From: Eledone cirrhosa
Taxonomy: Eukaryota
Direction: 5' to 3'
NCBI GenBank assembly: GCA_964016885.1
Contig: OZ024743.1
Location: 326,554,001-326,618,000 of the forward strand
Length of the DNA stretch: 64,000 bases
Shown: one piece after another, positions 14,439 to 30,085 of the stretch
Layout: every line of letters starts with the position of its first letter
Position numbering within the stretch: position 1 is the stretch's first letter
Notes under the pieces: model-generated
Databases searched by the model: none
What the model was told of the DNA's origin: nothing
What the model saw: the letters and a program-made list of their open reading frames with translations, nothing else
Translations under genes and position numbers: made by a program

Positions 14439-16419
14439 TGTGCGTGTGCGTGTGCGTGTGCGTGCGTGTGCGTGTGCGTGTGTGTGTGTGTGTGCGTGTG
14501 CGTGTGCGTGTGTGTGTGTGTGTGATACCACATTTCTCGTGTATTTGCACACGTCCAACAAGATGCATGCTGATAAACATCGCTACAACGAACTACCAAC
14601 GATCTTAGTCTTTCATGGAATTAATATAATTTAGAGGTAAACTGGGCATCAATTTAATTTAGAAGTAAACTCACATCAATATATTACATATTAATGAGGG
14701 CCTTGATAGTTGGTGTATGAAAATTATCTCTTTTTAAGAGATATTTAATCCGATATTATACGCTACATCAATTGCGGAATGTTCAAGAGAAAATCCCTTC
14801 ACTGAAGATATGACTATTGTTAAATAAATACAAATCTAATATTTCCCGCTGATACACCATAGAGAGAAACATACACATTACTTGTAATTTTATATTTGAT
14901 GAGAAACAACGATGGAATTTCAAAATTTATAATCTTGTATTATACAGTTGGAAAGATTGGTGAGCAATCTTGAAATAACTTTTCAAGATTGCTAGTATAC
15001 AACCTCATCTCTCTCGGTTCAAATACCACGCTGGTTCCTCAGTACATTTTTCCATCTCTTGGGGATACTTTACCCGATTTTCTCAATTATTATTCATAGT
15101 AATCAACTATTATTATAGTTATTGACATTGGGACGTCTACACTTCGAATTTCAAAATTTTCTAAGGTTTCTTAAGTCGACCTGGTGTTCACACTTCCCGT
15201 TAGAGATTTAAAATCTTCTAATAGACTGCAATTGGTGATCAGAGAATCCTTGGTGTAATGGGTAACGCACAGATCCCAGATTTTAAGCCTGTAGCTAAAA
15301 GTGTGAACATCTGGTTGTCTTTAGAAAAATTAAATATTTGAAATGTAGTCGTCGCGTTCTAAATGAGGGAGTTGTAGGGGCCCGCATACGGTGTTTTTAG
15401 GGCATTTTTAAACCTGAAGCCCAATCCTCTCCAGGTTTCTTCTAGAGAAGGGTAGAGAATAAGGGAATAGAAGTGAGAAAGAGATATAGAGAAAGAATCG
15501 ACGCCAGTACTTGACTGATACTTTTTTATCCACCTCGAATTGATGAAAGGTAAAGTTGACCTCGGCGGGTTTTGATCGCAGAGAGCAGACAGCCGAAACG
15601 AATACCGTAAAACATTCTACCTGATGTTCTAAAGACTCTGTCAATTTGCCACCACATCTAAATGACTAATAATAGTCAATTCCTTGTAGGTGCCTCTGTC
15701 TACATTTTTCCGTTCCTAGGAGTTCTTTGCCCAATTTCTATTATTCATCGTGATCAACTATTATTATGGTAATTTACATTGGGACGACTGAATTTCAAAT
15801 TTCAAATTTTCCAATATCTACGTGTGTGAGAGAGAGAGGGGGGGGGGGGGCTCACTTTTTCTCTCTCTTTAACTTATTGTGACTTTCTCGGTTTCCTTTC
15901 ATTCTTATTCAACCCTTGCGTTCTCAGTAAGAATGAATTACAGGTACAGTCCAACTGACGGGCTTCCAAACAGTCTCCATCTACCCAATTTCACTCACAA
16001 TACATAGGTCGAACCAAGATTATAGAAAAGGATATGTTTTTGCCCAGGATGCCGCGCAATGGAATCGAACCGGGACCGAAAGATTGTTAAACGAACTTAA
16101 CTATGCTTCGTCCACACACGCTCATACGCACACACAAACACATATACATGCTTGTGTGACATGCTTTGTATACATTCTCTGTATATACATACTTTGTTTG
16201 CATTCATATTAAATATGATACATTATCCTCATCATCCAACGAGTGAAATTCTCTATTTAAACTATCAATTAACGTTGCATTTACACTTCATTCTCCATTA
16301 AATTGCAATAACTCCATTATTAAGCAACCGGTTGACTTAAGACCCATTGGGAAAATTTGAAATTTGAAATGTAGTCGTTCTCGGCTGAGTTGTTCTGCTA
16401 CAGAACGGCTCGCAGGTGA

Positions 16420-17870
16420 CGTATAGCGATACGGCCATCAGATATGATGGTTAGTTGCGATATAAAGGGACAGCTGCCGGACGAATAAGCAACCCATGAC
16501 CAACAGAAGTAAACCACTTTGGGGAGGTGGAGCAATGGGTGACACCTGTAGCTCCTGAGAAAACTCTCACAACCCAGTGATGTAGTTCTGATGAAGCAAG
16601 TAACCCCCGTCGCTAAAAAATAGCCTAGTCTTCACGGGTTTGAGAAAGTACCAGATTGCTGACTGGCGCGAATAAGAGCACCAAAACTTCAATATGGTGA
16701 GAAGTAAGAAAAAGAACCATACCACATCGTCTTTCGTGCGAGTTAATAAGGGACGCGTTCAGGGCTTATGTAGAGGTGCTAGTTCGATAAATATATTGCA
16801 GTCTCCATTTCATGCCGTAAAAAGTAGCGGTGGACATGTGACCTGTCCTGGTAGACGTAGGATGGACGTACTCGAAACACCAAAGAGGGTTCGGAGGGGA
16901 GCAAACCATCACAACTGGAACCTGGAAAATCACAACCTTTACAGGTAAGGAGCAGGAATTTGTGGAGGAGGCTAGTTGCTACTAACTAAATATAGTCGGG
17001 GTTTCCTCGAAAAAGTTCCGTGGCTCTGGTGCTCTAGATTTGGATGGAGGATGGAAACTGCACTATTTAGGTGTGGCACCAGAAATGACTGAACAGGAGT
17101 CATATATCCTAATGGGAGACTTCAATGCACATGTTGGTACTGACCACCTGATATGGAAAGGAGTGATTGGAAGGAACGGCGATCCCGATCTAAATACGAA
17201 TGGAGAGGTCTTATTAGACATTCATTCTAGCAATGGACAGAGACATCCATAAATATACATGGTAAAGGGGAATCAGGGACAGAGATCAATAATTGTTTTT
17301 GTTATTGTGTCTGATCTCTTCGATTCTGTGCTGGATGTTAAAAGAGGGCCCGAGCTATCAACTGACCACCATTTAGTTATCTGCAACTTGAGACTACCTA
17401 AAGCCAAAGAAGCCCACAAAACTGGCAGTCCCAGAGAGCCTACAGGATAAAGTGGGAAGTGTTAGTGGATAAAGAAGACAGACCAGGCATGCAGATACAA
17501 TTGTATCCAAATTCATAGAACTCCCTAAACAAACGGAGGATGTTGAAACGGAATGGAGATTGTTCAACTCAACAGTTTCTGCTTCAGCTGTTGAATGCTG
17601 CGAGCGAAGAGGTTTTGTGGTGCAGGATGGTTCAATCAAGAGATCAAAGATGCCATCCGAGCAAAGAAGATGGCCTACAAAGCTTGCGGTAAAAGCAGGC
17701 ACGAAGGGTATTTGGAGTAACGTTACTCGATAGAGTGCGTAGCACGGAGATTAGAGAGAAGCTCCAAATAGAGCCGCTACTTCTCCAGATTCGGAGATCA
17801 CAGCTCCGATACTATGGGCATGTGGTTAGAATGTTTCAGGAAAGAATCGATGGACAGATTTTACAGAAGA
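16420..17870 (+). mobile_element. Degraded RTE-type LINE with internal deletions
   Basis: APE motifs TWN, LMGDFNAHVG, TDHHLV and the RT C-terminal RSQLRYYGHVVRM. Confidence 0.8.
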
Positions 17871-18689
17871 AATGTGGTCGCCATGATGCAAATGGCCATA
17901 ATAATAGTGGATCACTATAAATAATTTAGAAAATAGAGTAAAGTATCTCCAGAGACGGAAAAATAGAGCGATTATCATTATCACCATTTGTGTTGAACAA
18001 CATCACAAATTTCCAACTTTTATAGTGCTTCATCAGACAACCGGTTGTTTACACTTCTGAGAACAGGCTTGAAATATTCTAAAAAGATAGATTGGTGGCA
18101 AGCAGCGCTCATCCGACCTCCGAGAGAGGTGGGATTTGATTCCCCACAGGCACCTGTTTATCCATTTTTCCGTCGCCAGGAGTACTTTACCTAATTCTCT
18201 TAACTATTATTTGTAGTGATTGACTATTATTATAGTCATTTCCGTTGGGATTACTACACTCTAAATTCTTATTCATTTATATTTTAGTTGATGGGAATTG
18301 CCATTTTCAGTGGGATTTTATTACTACTACTGCTATTACTATCATTATTGTTATTATTATTATAAAAAATGATGTGCTCATGCGCAGAGATGTTATAAAA
18401 TAGCTTATAAATAACGTGAAGACTCTTAAAAAATGGAAAAAAAAAAAAGTTGCCATTGGCTGCTGCGAGGAATTGACCCGCACATCTCACAGATACCGGC
18501 TAGGTGCATTAAACCATTAAGCTAAGAGATCATGACAACTCTTTACCACCTTCTTAAATAGATAGCTGAATAACAGCTTTCAGATCTCAGCAGACAGACT
18601 GAGAGACAGACATCTGCATGTAAACAAAGAAGATATGTAGCCGATCTCTGCACATGAGCACATCATTCTTTATATTAACTTTATATTCA

Positions 18690-19838
18690 CAACGCTTCAA
18701 ATGGGGGCGTTATCAAAAATTTCCGGCCCATAACTCTGCTTTAAAATTTTAGCCAAGGTGCTAGCAATGAGGCTGGAGATTGTCGTTAAAAGGCTGGTAA
18801 GGGAAGCGCAAACGTGCTGATATTCGTAAACGGCGAACAAGTATAGTCGCCGCTTGTAAGGCACGTCTTACCACAGCTCGTCTCTTTGACTGAGCTGCAG
18901 TCATGAGTCAAACGAAGATCGAGACTGGGTGCCTGGCACCAAATATGTTGTCAAGTGCTCACGGCCCTCTACCAGTCGATCAATGCGGTCAGTGGAAATT
19001 CCACTCTAGAGTTCTATAGAGGACTTGTGGTGGGCAAGAACAACGACTTTCTCGGAGAAAACCTTGGCGTCGACGAAATCGAACTACCCAGTTTGTTCCG
19101 AAAACTTTAGAGCCGGAGAATATGGACAATTTCCAGAAATCCCTAGCTTGACAGTGCTACCGGGGGCTACTGTCTGTTCGAGAAAAACTCTACGGGCATG
19201 GAAATACTGTCAGACGAACTTGTCCGAGATGCGCGCAGAACGATGAAACCGTTCTGCACGCAATCAACTTGTGGAATTTTTGTCGAACAGCTATTATCAA
19301 GTGCAGAATGGATCCGACCATCGACCGATTCCATCATGAAGATCACCCCGCCGCCTTCTTTTGGCCTGGAATAACAGGCAGTATTCCTCTGTCTGGTGGC
19401 TGTAGCGGAAGAGGTTGTGTGGTGGACGCGATTGAAAGGACTGAAGACAGACACTTTCTTCTTCGGTCAATCCCTCACCCTCCTTTTCAAGTTTCACTTG
19501 GAAAGGAGGGTGAAGGTGGAGAATGAGGTACTGCCCCTAATACATTTGTTAAAAGGCGAGTGAATGTAGCGAGAATGGCCCGAGTGAATGGGCCTACTCT
19601 TACCATGCACCTGTAGGCTGGAGAGTTTAGAGAGGGATGGGCACCTTCTGGATATTAAGGTAATTTGGAATCTGGGAAGTTCTAAAGTGGAACAGTGGTA
19701 TTCTCCCTGATTGAGGAATGTTGTTATTAATTTATTGTTGTTAACTGTTATCTTTTTTTACACGTTTTATGTAAATCCCCACTGTCCCTTTTTTGTTTTG
19801 TCCTTTATGTTTCGGCCCTAGTGGTCAATAAAGAAACA
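18690..19838 (+). mobile_element. Tx1/L1-like LINE 3' portion, decayed
   Basis: Colinear with the 52-56 kb copies; begins with FRPITLL..FKILAKVLA.RL (RT) and ends gtggtcaataaagaaa. Confidence 0.78.
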
Positions 19839-22369
19839 ATCGGTAGAGGGTCGGATGCCATGCTTTGCAGAATAGAGTTACGACCCTTTACGGTCTGAGT
19901 TCAAATTCCACCGAGGTTAACTTTGCCTTTCATCCTTGCGGGGTCGATAAAATAAAGTACCAGTAATGCACTGGATAATTGCTGGCCTTGTTCCAAAAGT
20001 AGAAACAATTATTATTATTATTTGTAGTGATTGGCAGTATCGGTAAAGTGTCGGGTAACATGCTTTGCAGCATAGAGTTACGTCTCTTTACATACTGAGT
20101 TCAAATCTCGTCGAGGATGCACTGGGGTCGATTTAATCGACTTTCCCCTTCCCCAAAATTGCTGTCCTTGTACCTATATAAGAAACCATTATTATTTGTT
20201 GTTGCTGTTGTTGTTGTAATATTCACTGTTCCAGTGGTTTAATATGTCATGATATCCCTAACTCTGAGGTTCTGTTGCTTTTTCTGTTTTATCTTTGATA
20301 ATTGTTTCTACATTTGGCACAAGGCCAGCAATTACTCAGTACATTACTGGTACTTTATTTTATCGACCCCGTAAGGATGAAAGGCAAAGTTAACCTCGAC
20401 GGGATTTGAACTCAGACCGTAAAGGGACGTCACTATGCTGGAAAGCATGGCGTCCGACCCTCTACCGATACTGCCAATTTACCGCCCTTTTTTATCTTTG
20501 ATAATATTGAATCGCTTCCTTTGTTTGTTTGTTTCTTTCTTTCTTTATTTGTCTTGTGTCTTATAATTTTCTTGCCTTCCATGCTAATTTCTTAAATATT
20601 CCCAAATGTCAAATTATCGATTCCTTTAACTTTATTGAATGATTCGAAATATTTATTATTTCGTCGCAAATAACCAGGGTTTGTACTTTCTTGTGTGTGT
20701 GTGGGGGGGGGGGGCATGTTACTGCAAAAATGCGACCCAAAGGAGTTTAAAATGAATATGAATTATGTAATTTTGAGAAGGAAACCTTATTTCCACTCAA
20801 TTCTTAATCCTTCTAATAAACTCGTTGAAAAGTAAGTGCTAAAAATATCAAAAAAATTCAGATAAGTGATTTAGTTTTGATGAAAACAAAACAAAGGCTC
20901 ATTATTTTCATTTGCGATTCGTTAACGTTATCGACTTGATTTTTGTATATCACAATTTAAATATTATTGATGCACAAAATATACCCTCGGCTCTTTAGAA
21001 ACGGTAATTCCTGTAATGTGTAAATCGAAAATATTCAAATGTCAATATGTTGTGAAGTAAATCAAATAGTTTTCAGCAATTCTTGAAATCCTTTCAACCA
21101 CATGATTGCAATTCTACTTACATCAATATATTCATTATTATCGGTTGAAATAGATTAATTACATTCAATTTTTCTAATTATTACAAATTAAGTAGGCGTT
21201 AGAGAGGCCAAGCTGTTGAAATCAACGCAATTGATGAATCGGTGCTCAAACTATTGAAATCAATGTAGTATTGCCGAATGGTTTAGGTCCTTGGTTTGAT
21301 CCCAGTGCGTAGCATTTTGGGCAAGTGTCATTCATCATAGCTTCGGGTCGATACATGCCTTGTGAGTGAAATTGGGTAAATGGAAACTGTTTGGAAGCCT
21401 GTCTGATGGACTTTACCTGTAATTCAAATAACAAGCCTTGTGGCACTGAATCTCCACGAGAATCACGTCAAAGGTACACGTGACTGTGAAATACTCAACC
21501 ATTTAAACGTTAATTTCATGGGCAGATTATTCCGTCGATCAAACAACTGGAAAACTCATGTCGAAACAGATGGTGGTCCATTCCAATACAGATTATTAAG
21601 TCAGCTGAACATAAGCCGTAGCAACGGCAGAAGATGCAGGAAACGGAAACAGTGCCACTGTAAAAGTTGGAGAACGTTGCTGAAGGAATATTTGACGATC
21701 AGTTTAATGGGTTTCTATTGGATCTAGTCTAGAATATGTGTGTGTTGAGTTGAATTGTAACATGTGTCTTACTGGAGATTTATAGATGGTTAGTGGTTCG
21801 TGAGAGATCGAATACTTTACCACCCTGAAGAAGAAAATTAGTCTTTGCGATGCATGAGTTTTTCATGAGAGGTCGCCAGAGACCGTATGACCTAATTAGT
21901 ATTTGTTGGGACATAGTGAGAATACATTTCATTGCTATTTTCTTGATATGTATAGCTACGGTGTCTTTATGATGATAAAGGAGGTTAGTTTGTCATGTTT
22001 CTATGAGAGAAAGTTCTCAGACTCTATCGATAAAAACAGTGTGAGTGTTAGGGCTGATTGTGTATATAATTCGATATCGTTATAAATAGATCATCAATAT
22101 ATACAAAGAAGAATGTAGTCGATGTATCAAATGTTAAGTCGTTCTACACTTCATAAAAGGTCCTCGGAGAAGCTGTATCGGCGTACACAGAATTGGAGAT
22201 GGCTAACCAGAGAATTCACGATACAAGAAATCAGAGACGTATTGAGTCAATCGGTGGACAGATAGATTAATTAAGAGTCAAACATGCCATATATATATAT
22301 ATATATATATATGCGTGGGGGGGGGGGGGTCGGCATATCCCTGTTCGGTTAACCCCATACTCTCTATAT

Positions 22370-23870
22370 ATATGGGGTATTCAGATACAGAGAAAACCTT
22401 GGTGTCTGACAACGCATCCTTAGGGATGGTCAAGTACAGTGGTTCTCATCTAACTCTCACTTTTTCAACCATACCCATGTAAGTTTTTCAGCTGTCAGGC
22501 TAAACTTAGCGAGAGACTGGATGCTTGGAGAGGAGATGGGTACCTCCAGACACTTCTAAAGACCACTGAAATGTCATGATGTACACACAGTCAAGAAATA
22601 ACATGTTGGATCAGTCGAGGCTCAGAAAACCAGCGACTGCTATTTCCCAGGGGGGGGGGGGGGGGGTTGATCAATATACACCCACATCAGCAGCGATCAA
22701 CCTTTCTAAAGAAAATACTGGTTTGGGGACGTGGAACGTCCGCACTCTGTATGCTTGTGGAAGGACTAATGAACTTATACACGAACTTTCCAGATACACA
22801 TGGGATATCTTACGGATGGCTTACATCAGGTGGACTAAGTATGCTAAGACAACCACAGATGATGGCCACAAACTGTGGTACAGCAGAGATGACATCAGAC
22901 ACGAACATGGAACAGGTTTCATCGTTAACAAGAATGGAGTGAGTTCAGTCATCAGCTGTACACCAGTATCTTACAAGCTCATCGCAATACGTGTGGCTGC
23001 AAGACCACAACACATAGTCATCATACAAGTCTATGCACCAATGTTTAAATATGATAATGATGCCGTCAAAGAATTCTATGAGGACCTGGAGAAAATCAAG
23101 ACAGCTCCTAAAAAAGACGTCACCGACGTCTAAGGAAACTGAAATGCCAAAGTAGGCTCGAGTGCATAGGAAGAAAGGGTTGCGACAGTTGGAAGATTTG
23201 GGGTCGGAGAAACCAGCGATAGTGGACTCCAACTCCTAGAATTTACTAACTCCCACAAGCTTACACTAGCGAACACACCTTCCCTACAAAAGAGCTAGAG
23301 GAAAACAATATGGCAGTACCCTGTTCGAGGACTCACAACCAAATTGACTTCATCCTCACACCTCGAAATTTCAAGTTCAGTGTCGATAAAGGCAAGACTG
23401 GGACCTTCCCTAGTGCGGATGTCCATAATGACCATGATTTGGTTCTGATGACACTGAGGCTTAAGCTAAAAAAGATCCATAAAAAGATCCATAAAAAGAT
23501 CCATAAAAAGATCCATAAAAAGATCCATAAAAAGATCCATAAAAAGATCCATAAAAAGATCCATAAAAAGGACAGCACGTATTAGGTTTGATCTAAACAA
23601 ACTAAATGATCCTACGGTTGCAGCAATATTTGAGGTGAACGTAGATGGCAGGCTTGCTGTCCTCAACCCTCTCGAGGAAGAAATTAACTCCTTGACCGAC
23701 ATCATGAGATCCCTTCATGAAACAGCTCTAGAGGTGCTGAGTAGAATAAGGGTAGAGAAATCTTGGGTCACTGATAACATCTTGAATTTATGTAATATAC
23801 GACGGGATCTGATGAAGACCAATCTAACAAACCAGGCTAAGAAAAGACTCGGAATCACTATCAATAAATG
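22370..23870 (+). mobile_element. Degraded RTE/BovB-like LINE 5' part (APE endonuclease)
   Basis: GTWNVRTL, IIQVYAP, EFYEDL, NQIDFIL, DHDLV. Confidence 0.82.
23467..23570 (+). repeat. 12-bp tandem repeat (aaaaagatccat), about 8-9 copies, inside the RTE fragment
   Basis: Direct reading; encodes (KKIH)n in the element frame. Confidence 0.95.
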
Positions 23871-24576
23871 CTATACATATTATTTTTCGGTATATTTGTC
23901 CTCGTGCCCGATGAGGGATCAGTTTGGAAGAACCTCCTCCAATACACGGTGATGGCCATAACTGGACCCCGAAACCAGTGGTCGCACGTGCATGTTAAGT
24001 GTATGAAACTTTAAGCTCCCACCCCACCCCCTATCTTGTTCCAATTAACAAAAAAAACCAATCTATGAAGAATTTTAGCTCAAGCAGACAACTGCAAGGC
24101 GACCCTCATCGACCGTGAAAGTTTGAAGTTTTCGCCCGGAAAGTCATTTTTTCAGATAAAATCTTTTTATCAATCTATATACTACTAAAACTCTGTAATT
24201 TCTTGCTTGCTTGCTTGTCTGTAATGTAATACAGCCAAAAGGATGCATAATGGGAAAATACTTTGAAAGGAAGTTGACCCTGAAATGGGAATACAAATGG
24301 AATAAGACAAGTTTTGAGTAAATCGGAGGACGTGTTCCCGAGATATGGGGTCTTTCCGGGTACCTTCATAAAGAGAGAGAGAGAAGGATAGTGGTTCTGT
24401 GAGGGTAAATTGAAAGAGAGACATAGAGAGAGGGAGAGGAGACAGAGAAGGAGAATGGAAGAGAGAGAGAGAGTTGGTGGTGTTGTTGTGTATATATATA
24501 TGTGAGTGTGTGTGTGCGTGTGTGTGTATATATGTGTGTGTGTGTCTATGACCAGTGTATATAGATCACAGACACC

Positions 24577-24680
<104 letters not shown>

Positions 24681-25216
24681 TAACAGATTAAAGTTTAAGC
24701 AAAGAATCGCTGCTCTCACCCTTAACGGGATCTTCTGAAACTAAAAAAATTAATCTGTGAACGCAGAAGTAAATATTTCGAAAAACGTTGCAACCGAAGG
24801 AAGAAAGGAAGACGATACTTTGGTTCGTGGAAACGTTCCCTGGCAATGAACGGAAAATAGCGAAGATAATACGTCATTATTTGGAGCGTTGAAAACAATT
24901 ACACGCAAAGACAAAACCACGTTTATGGTATAACTGAAGTCGTAGACTAAAATTCTATTAGGAATGATTCTCGGCTTCAGAGTTAAGAATAATGTAAATA
25001 AATTACAGAGGTAATTGAAATCAACAAAAGTTAAATATATACATACACGCATCCATATACGTACATACACATGCATACGCGAAAACACCCGCCATGAGTA
25101 TGCAAATACAAACACGTACACAAAAAAAAACGCTCGCACATACAGAACCCACGCAACGCCTGTACCCGCACACATACGAACGTATACACCAAATACACAT
25201 AAAGATATATATAAAA

Positions 25217-25255
<39 letters not shown>

Positions 25256-25550
25256 AGTGTATACATATAGTTATTTTAATAAATATTTGCTCTACGGTTC
25301 TTATACATTTGATATATATTTATCCCTCTTTGGATTTTAGTCTTCAAATTTATTATTATTATTATTGTGAATTGGCAGTATCGGTAGAGGGTCAGACGCC
25401 ATGCTGTCCAGCATAGTTACGTCCCTTTACGGTCTGAGTTCAAATCCCGTCGAGGTTAACTTTGCCTTTCATCCTTACCAGGTCGATAAAATAAAGTACC
25501 TGTAATGAACTAGGTAATTGCTGGCCTTGTGCCAAAAGTAGAAACAATTA

Positions 25551-25605
<55 letters not shown>

Positions 25606-25709
25606 GCCTTCTGGTTTCATTTTATTATTCTGGTTTCATTATATACATGTCTGTGTATATTTTAATTATTTAAAAATTATTTTTAAGTAAACATGATTTT
25701 TTTTTAAAT

Positions 25710-27150
25710 TCCACACGGGAATATACCGCGAGGATGGTCTGACCTTATCGAGCCATAAAAGTGGTCACGACCTGGCCCGGTTTAAAAACGATTTAATTTC
25801 TACTTTTAATGAGTTAGGACTTAGGATAACGGTAGCTATCAACCTCTCTAGCGTAGATTTCTTAGACATTAATTTAGACCTTCGCACACATACCTTCAGA
25901 CCCTTCCATAAGCTAAACGAAAAACTTAATTACATTCACAAGGACTCATGCCACCCTCCCACTGTTTTTAGAAACTTCGTAAATAATATCAGTACTAGAA
26001 TCTCTAACCTCTCCTCTAATAAAGCAATCTTTGACAAAGCGGCCCCCTACTAGAACACGGCGTTAGCTAACAGCGGCTTCTCGCAACCAATTACTTAACC
26101 CCCCCCCCCCCCCCCCACTAACACCAACAGCAATAAGAAAAGAAATCGTAACAATAGACAAACTATCTGGTTCTCTGTTCCCTTCTCACTCAACGTTAAA
26201 ACTAATGTATGAACATTTTTTTGCCCTCTTAGATAGACACTTTCCCATAGGTCACAAATACCGCTCCATCTTTAACAGACACAGAGTAACACTAGGGTAC
26301 TCGTGCGCTAAGAATATGAAGGCCCACATCACCAACTGTCCTAAGAGCGGCACCCCACCAAGATGCTCTTGCCGAAAGCCTGAAGCTTGTCCCCTTCAAC
26401 AGCAATGCAACACACCCGCTGTAGTTTACGAAGCTGTGGTCACTTCCAACCGACCAAATCAACCACAGGAGGTCAAATTCTATGTGGGTATGGTGGAGGG
26501 CTGATTTAAGGAACGCATCCTGAACCATTAGTCGACCTTTAGGTACCCAGACAAACGATCAGCCACGAAACTCGCGAGCCACATATGGTCCCTCAAAGAC
26601 TCAGGTATAGGCTACTCCATTCAATGGAAGGCTATCACTAAGTCCAAGCCATACGCAGGGGGTAATCCGTCTTGTGGACTGTGTATTGAAGAAAGGATAA
26701 ATATTCTAAGGAGATTATGCAATAGCGATTGCCTAAATTCAAGAAATGAAATCTTCTCACGTTGTCCACACGTCTGGAAACACATAGCTCCGGATTGAAT
26801 AACAGCAACATTCTAATATTTTAATCAACTCGAACAATTTATTCCGGACATTCGCAGTTATCTCCCTTACACCTTTCGCCCGTGGTTTTGTATCGCTTGC
26901 GGGAAGTGACCGTTTCTGCGTATGCGCGTTCATACGGTTGTTTTTCCTCTTCCGTATAACCATTACCAGTCCAAGCTGAAGATCCGCAGGGGAGGGTCAT
27001 ATTTTTGTAATAATATTGCCAGAAATAATAACAGAACATACTCACTGTTTGGTTGATTTTCGCTTCTGTATCATTTATATCTCCATAGTTAATTTATTTG
27101 GCAATCAATGTTCATCATTGATTGACCAACGGTTAAAAATGCAGATATAA
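25710..27150 (+). mobile_element. 5'-truncated, decayed Penelope-like element of the same (Hydra-like) type
   Basis: Translates, with stops and frameshifts, to GIYREDGL, FLDINLDL, SCHPP, ANSGF, HFPIGHKYRSIFN, CSCRKPEACPLQQQC, VVY...FYVGMVEG, CGLCIEE, NEIFSRCPH (ends 26798), then a 3' terminal region. Confidence 0.88.
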
Positions 27151-27169
27151 ATATATATATATATAGTCT

Positions 27170-28350
27170 GTCAAAGTTCTTTCTTTGCACATCAGTGGTA
27201 CTATTATGTTCCTTCCTATTGTATTGTAATGTCTACACCATTTTTATTTTATTTATTTATTCATTTATTTCTTCTTGTCTCCGACTCTGCGCAGGCGTTT
27301 GCGTATGTGTATAATGTTTGGTGTGTGTGTTCGCGTTTGAGTGTATGTGTTTTTGTTTTTGTATTCTATCTTTGTTTACTAGTGTGTGTTTATAAGTGTT
27401 TGTTATTGTACTTGTGTATATATTTATTTATTTATTTATATTTCCCTTAAGTCAATATTGTTTGTTTGGGTATGGTTGTTGTTATTCCATTCATTTTTTC
27501 TGTTTAATTTTGGTCTTCTTAGCTCTATCTCAGTTGCTCCTCTGATTTGCCTACCTGTTGAGTCATTTCTAAGTTTAGATATTATTTTAATTTCTATGTT
27601 GTCTATATTACCGCCATGTCTTTGTCTGGCGTGTTCCTATAGTACTGAACCGTGTTTTTTTGTTTGTCCTTTTAGTTCCCCCTAGTGTTGGTCTATTCTT
27701 TCTCCTATGCTTCGAGCGGTCTCACCTATGTATGTCGCGTCATGTTTCTGCAAGTACCCTCTGTACATCTTATACTATAGACTACATTTCTAGTTTTACA
27801 GTGTATCTGGGGGTTCATTTTACATATAACACATTTCTTATTAGTACAGTGGGTTTTCTTAAAGGGGTAGGTTTTGCTGATCAGGGATTTTATGGTAGTT
27901 CCTGGTTTTTCTACCACTTTAGATGGGTCTTTCTTACTGCCTTTCTACATTGGTTATCTAATTTCCCTCCAAGAGTAGCATCCATGAACATGACACTCTG
28001 GTATCTCTGGTTGTCGTACCATGAAGTGGCTTTCCCTATCTTATGTTTAGTCCTATCTAAGCTATTCCATGATTTGCTCCTGTATAATGGGAAAATTCCT
28101 TTCATGTCCAGTTCTATGAGGGTCTTATATTTCTCCGTGACTCCTTTGTATACTCTGATCCTGTCTCTTTGGTTGTAGCCAGAGAACTGCATGCGGTTGA
28201 TGAAGTGTTGGATGTGTCTTTCCATTTCTGTTGGGTCGCACATACGGGACACATTCTTCATCACTCTTACCAAGTCTGCGATCAGAATATTAAACTTAGC
28301 ACTATTGGACATTGCTGAGTTTTTGAGTATCAGGTATTTGGAGGCCTTGG
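27170..28350 (-). mobile_element. Truncated Penelope-like element of another lineage (RT thumb, Cys-rich linker, GIY-YIG)
   Basis: ORFs 27911..28312 (RMQFSGY, PLYRSKSW, SVMF..AT.GGKL) and 27726..27917 (VEKPG, CTNKKCVIC, CKTRNVVYSIRC) match PLE thumb, linker and endonuclease motifs; (TA)n on both flanks. Confidence 0.75.
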
Positions 28351-28353
28351 GTT

Positions 28354-28474
<121 letters not shown>

Positions 28475-29673
28475 GATATAAAGGCAAGTTACACTGTAGC
28501 GTCGGAACATGCTGTAAATCAAATTGGAAACGGAATGAAATTATACAAACAAACAATATCCGGTCTTCAGCCATCTGTTTTCGATGCTGACAACCAACGG
28601 GTGTCTAGTTTTTGGCATAATAAGGATGGTTACAGAATATACCAAAACAACCGTGAAAGTTATCGAGGCAACTGTCTGGAAAAGAAACCGCAGGACAATG
28701 GGCTAGTAAACGGAGTAAAATAGATAAGTCACCACCTTGGGACACATGACGAGACGAAATGTAACGGTTAGATTACAGGAACAGGAGACAAGTTTCAGGA
28801 GAGAGACGAAGGCATAATAAGAAACACATACCTCAGACGAAATAGCTGAAACACAAAAATAGGAGAAATTACCTTAAATATCTTAAAACGGCCAGTCGTT
28901 AAACTGAAAGCAAAAATAACGAGACGTGTAGGAATATAATGCTAAAACAAATGAAACACAAATTGCCTTGTGTAATCTAATTGAAAAATTAAGTCATTTT
29001 ATCTTTCTATCACAGAAACATGTGTCAGAAGAATGACTTGATTCTTATCTTTGCTATTTTTGTATTACTGTGTGTGTCTGTGGATGTGTTTGTGGGTGTT
29101 GGTGTGTATGTGAGTACTTATGTATGTATACATATGTATGTATATATGTATGTATGTATTCATGTATATATATAGAAATGACTACTACAGAACTAAAACT
29201 GTTTTAATCTAGTAGAAGTCATTTCTATATAAAATAAAGATATTTAAACATATATATGTGTATGTGTGTGTGCATATGTGTTTGTATTCATATATGTATA
29301 TATATATATAGGAATGAAAAATGGCGTGCTGTGTTGTTGCAAATGTGATATACGAATTAAAATGAAGAATTAGAAATAGAAGCCAAAAATGAAGAATTAA
29401 TGCGAAGAAATATCTATGATGGCTAGTAAACCACTGATGATGGATAGTCCTGGCTTCTATTTCTAATTCTTCATTCTAATTTGTATATATATATATATAT
29501 TATATTATATTATATTATATTATATATCTATTATATTATATTATATTATATTATATATCTATTATATTATATTATATTATATATCTATTATATTATATTA
29601 TATTATATTATATATCTATTATATTTTATATATATACAGTATATATATATAATATATATACAGTATATATACA

Positions 29674-29753
<80 letters not shown>

Positions 29754-29932
29754 AGATATATAATATAATAGATATATAATATAATAGATATATAATATAA
29801 TATCAAAAAGTAGATCCAAGCTATTCTTTACAGTTACAATGAAAGAAACATGTTTTCATAATATAGATACTAATTAACATAAGAGATTTTAGAATAGTAA
29901 TCAATTTTGGTAATTTGTAATATATATATTTA

Positions 29933-30021
<89 letters not shown>

Positions 30022-30036
30022 CATATACATATATAC

Positions 30037-30081
<45 letters not shown>

Positions 30082-30085
<4 letters not shown>

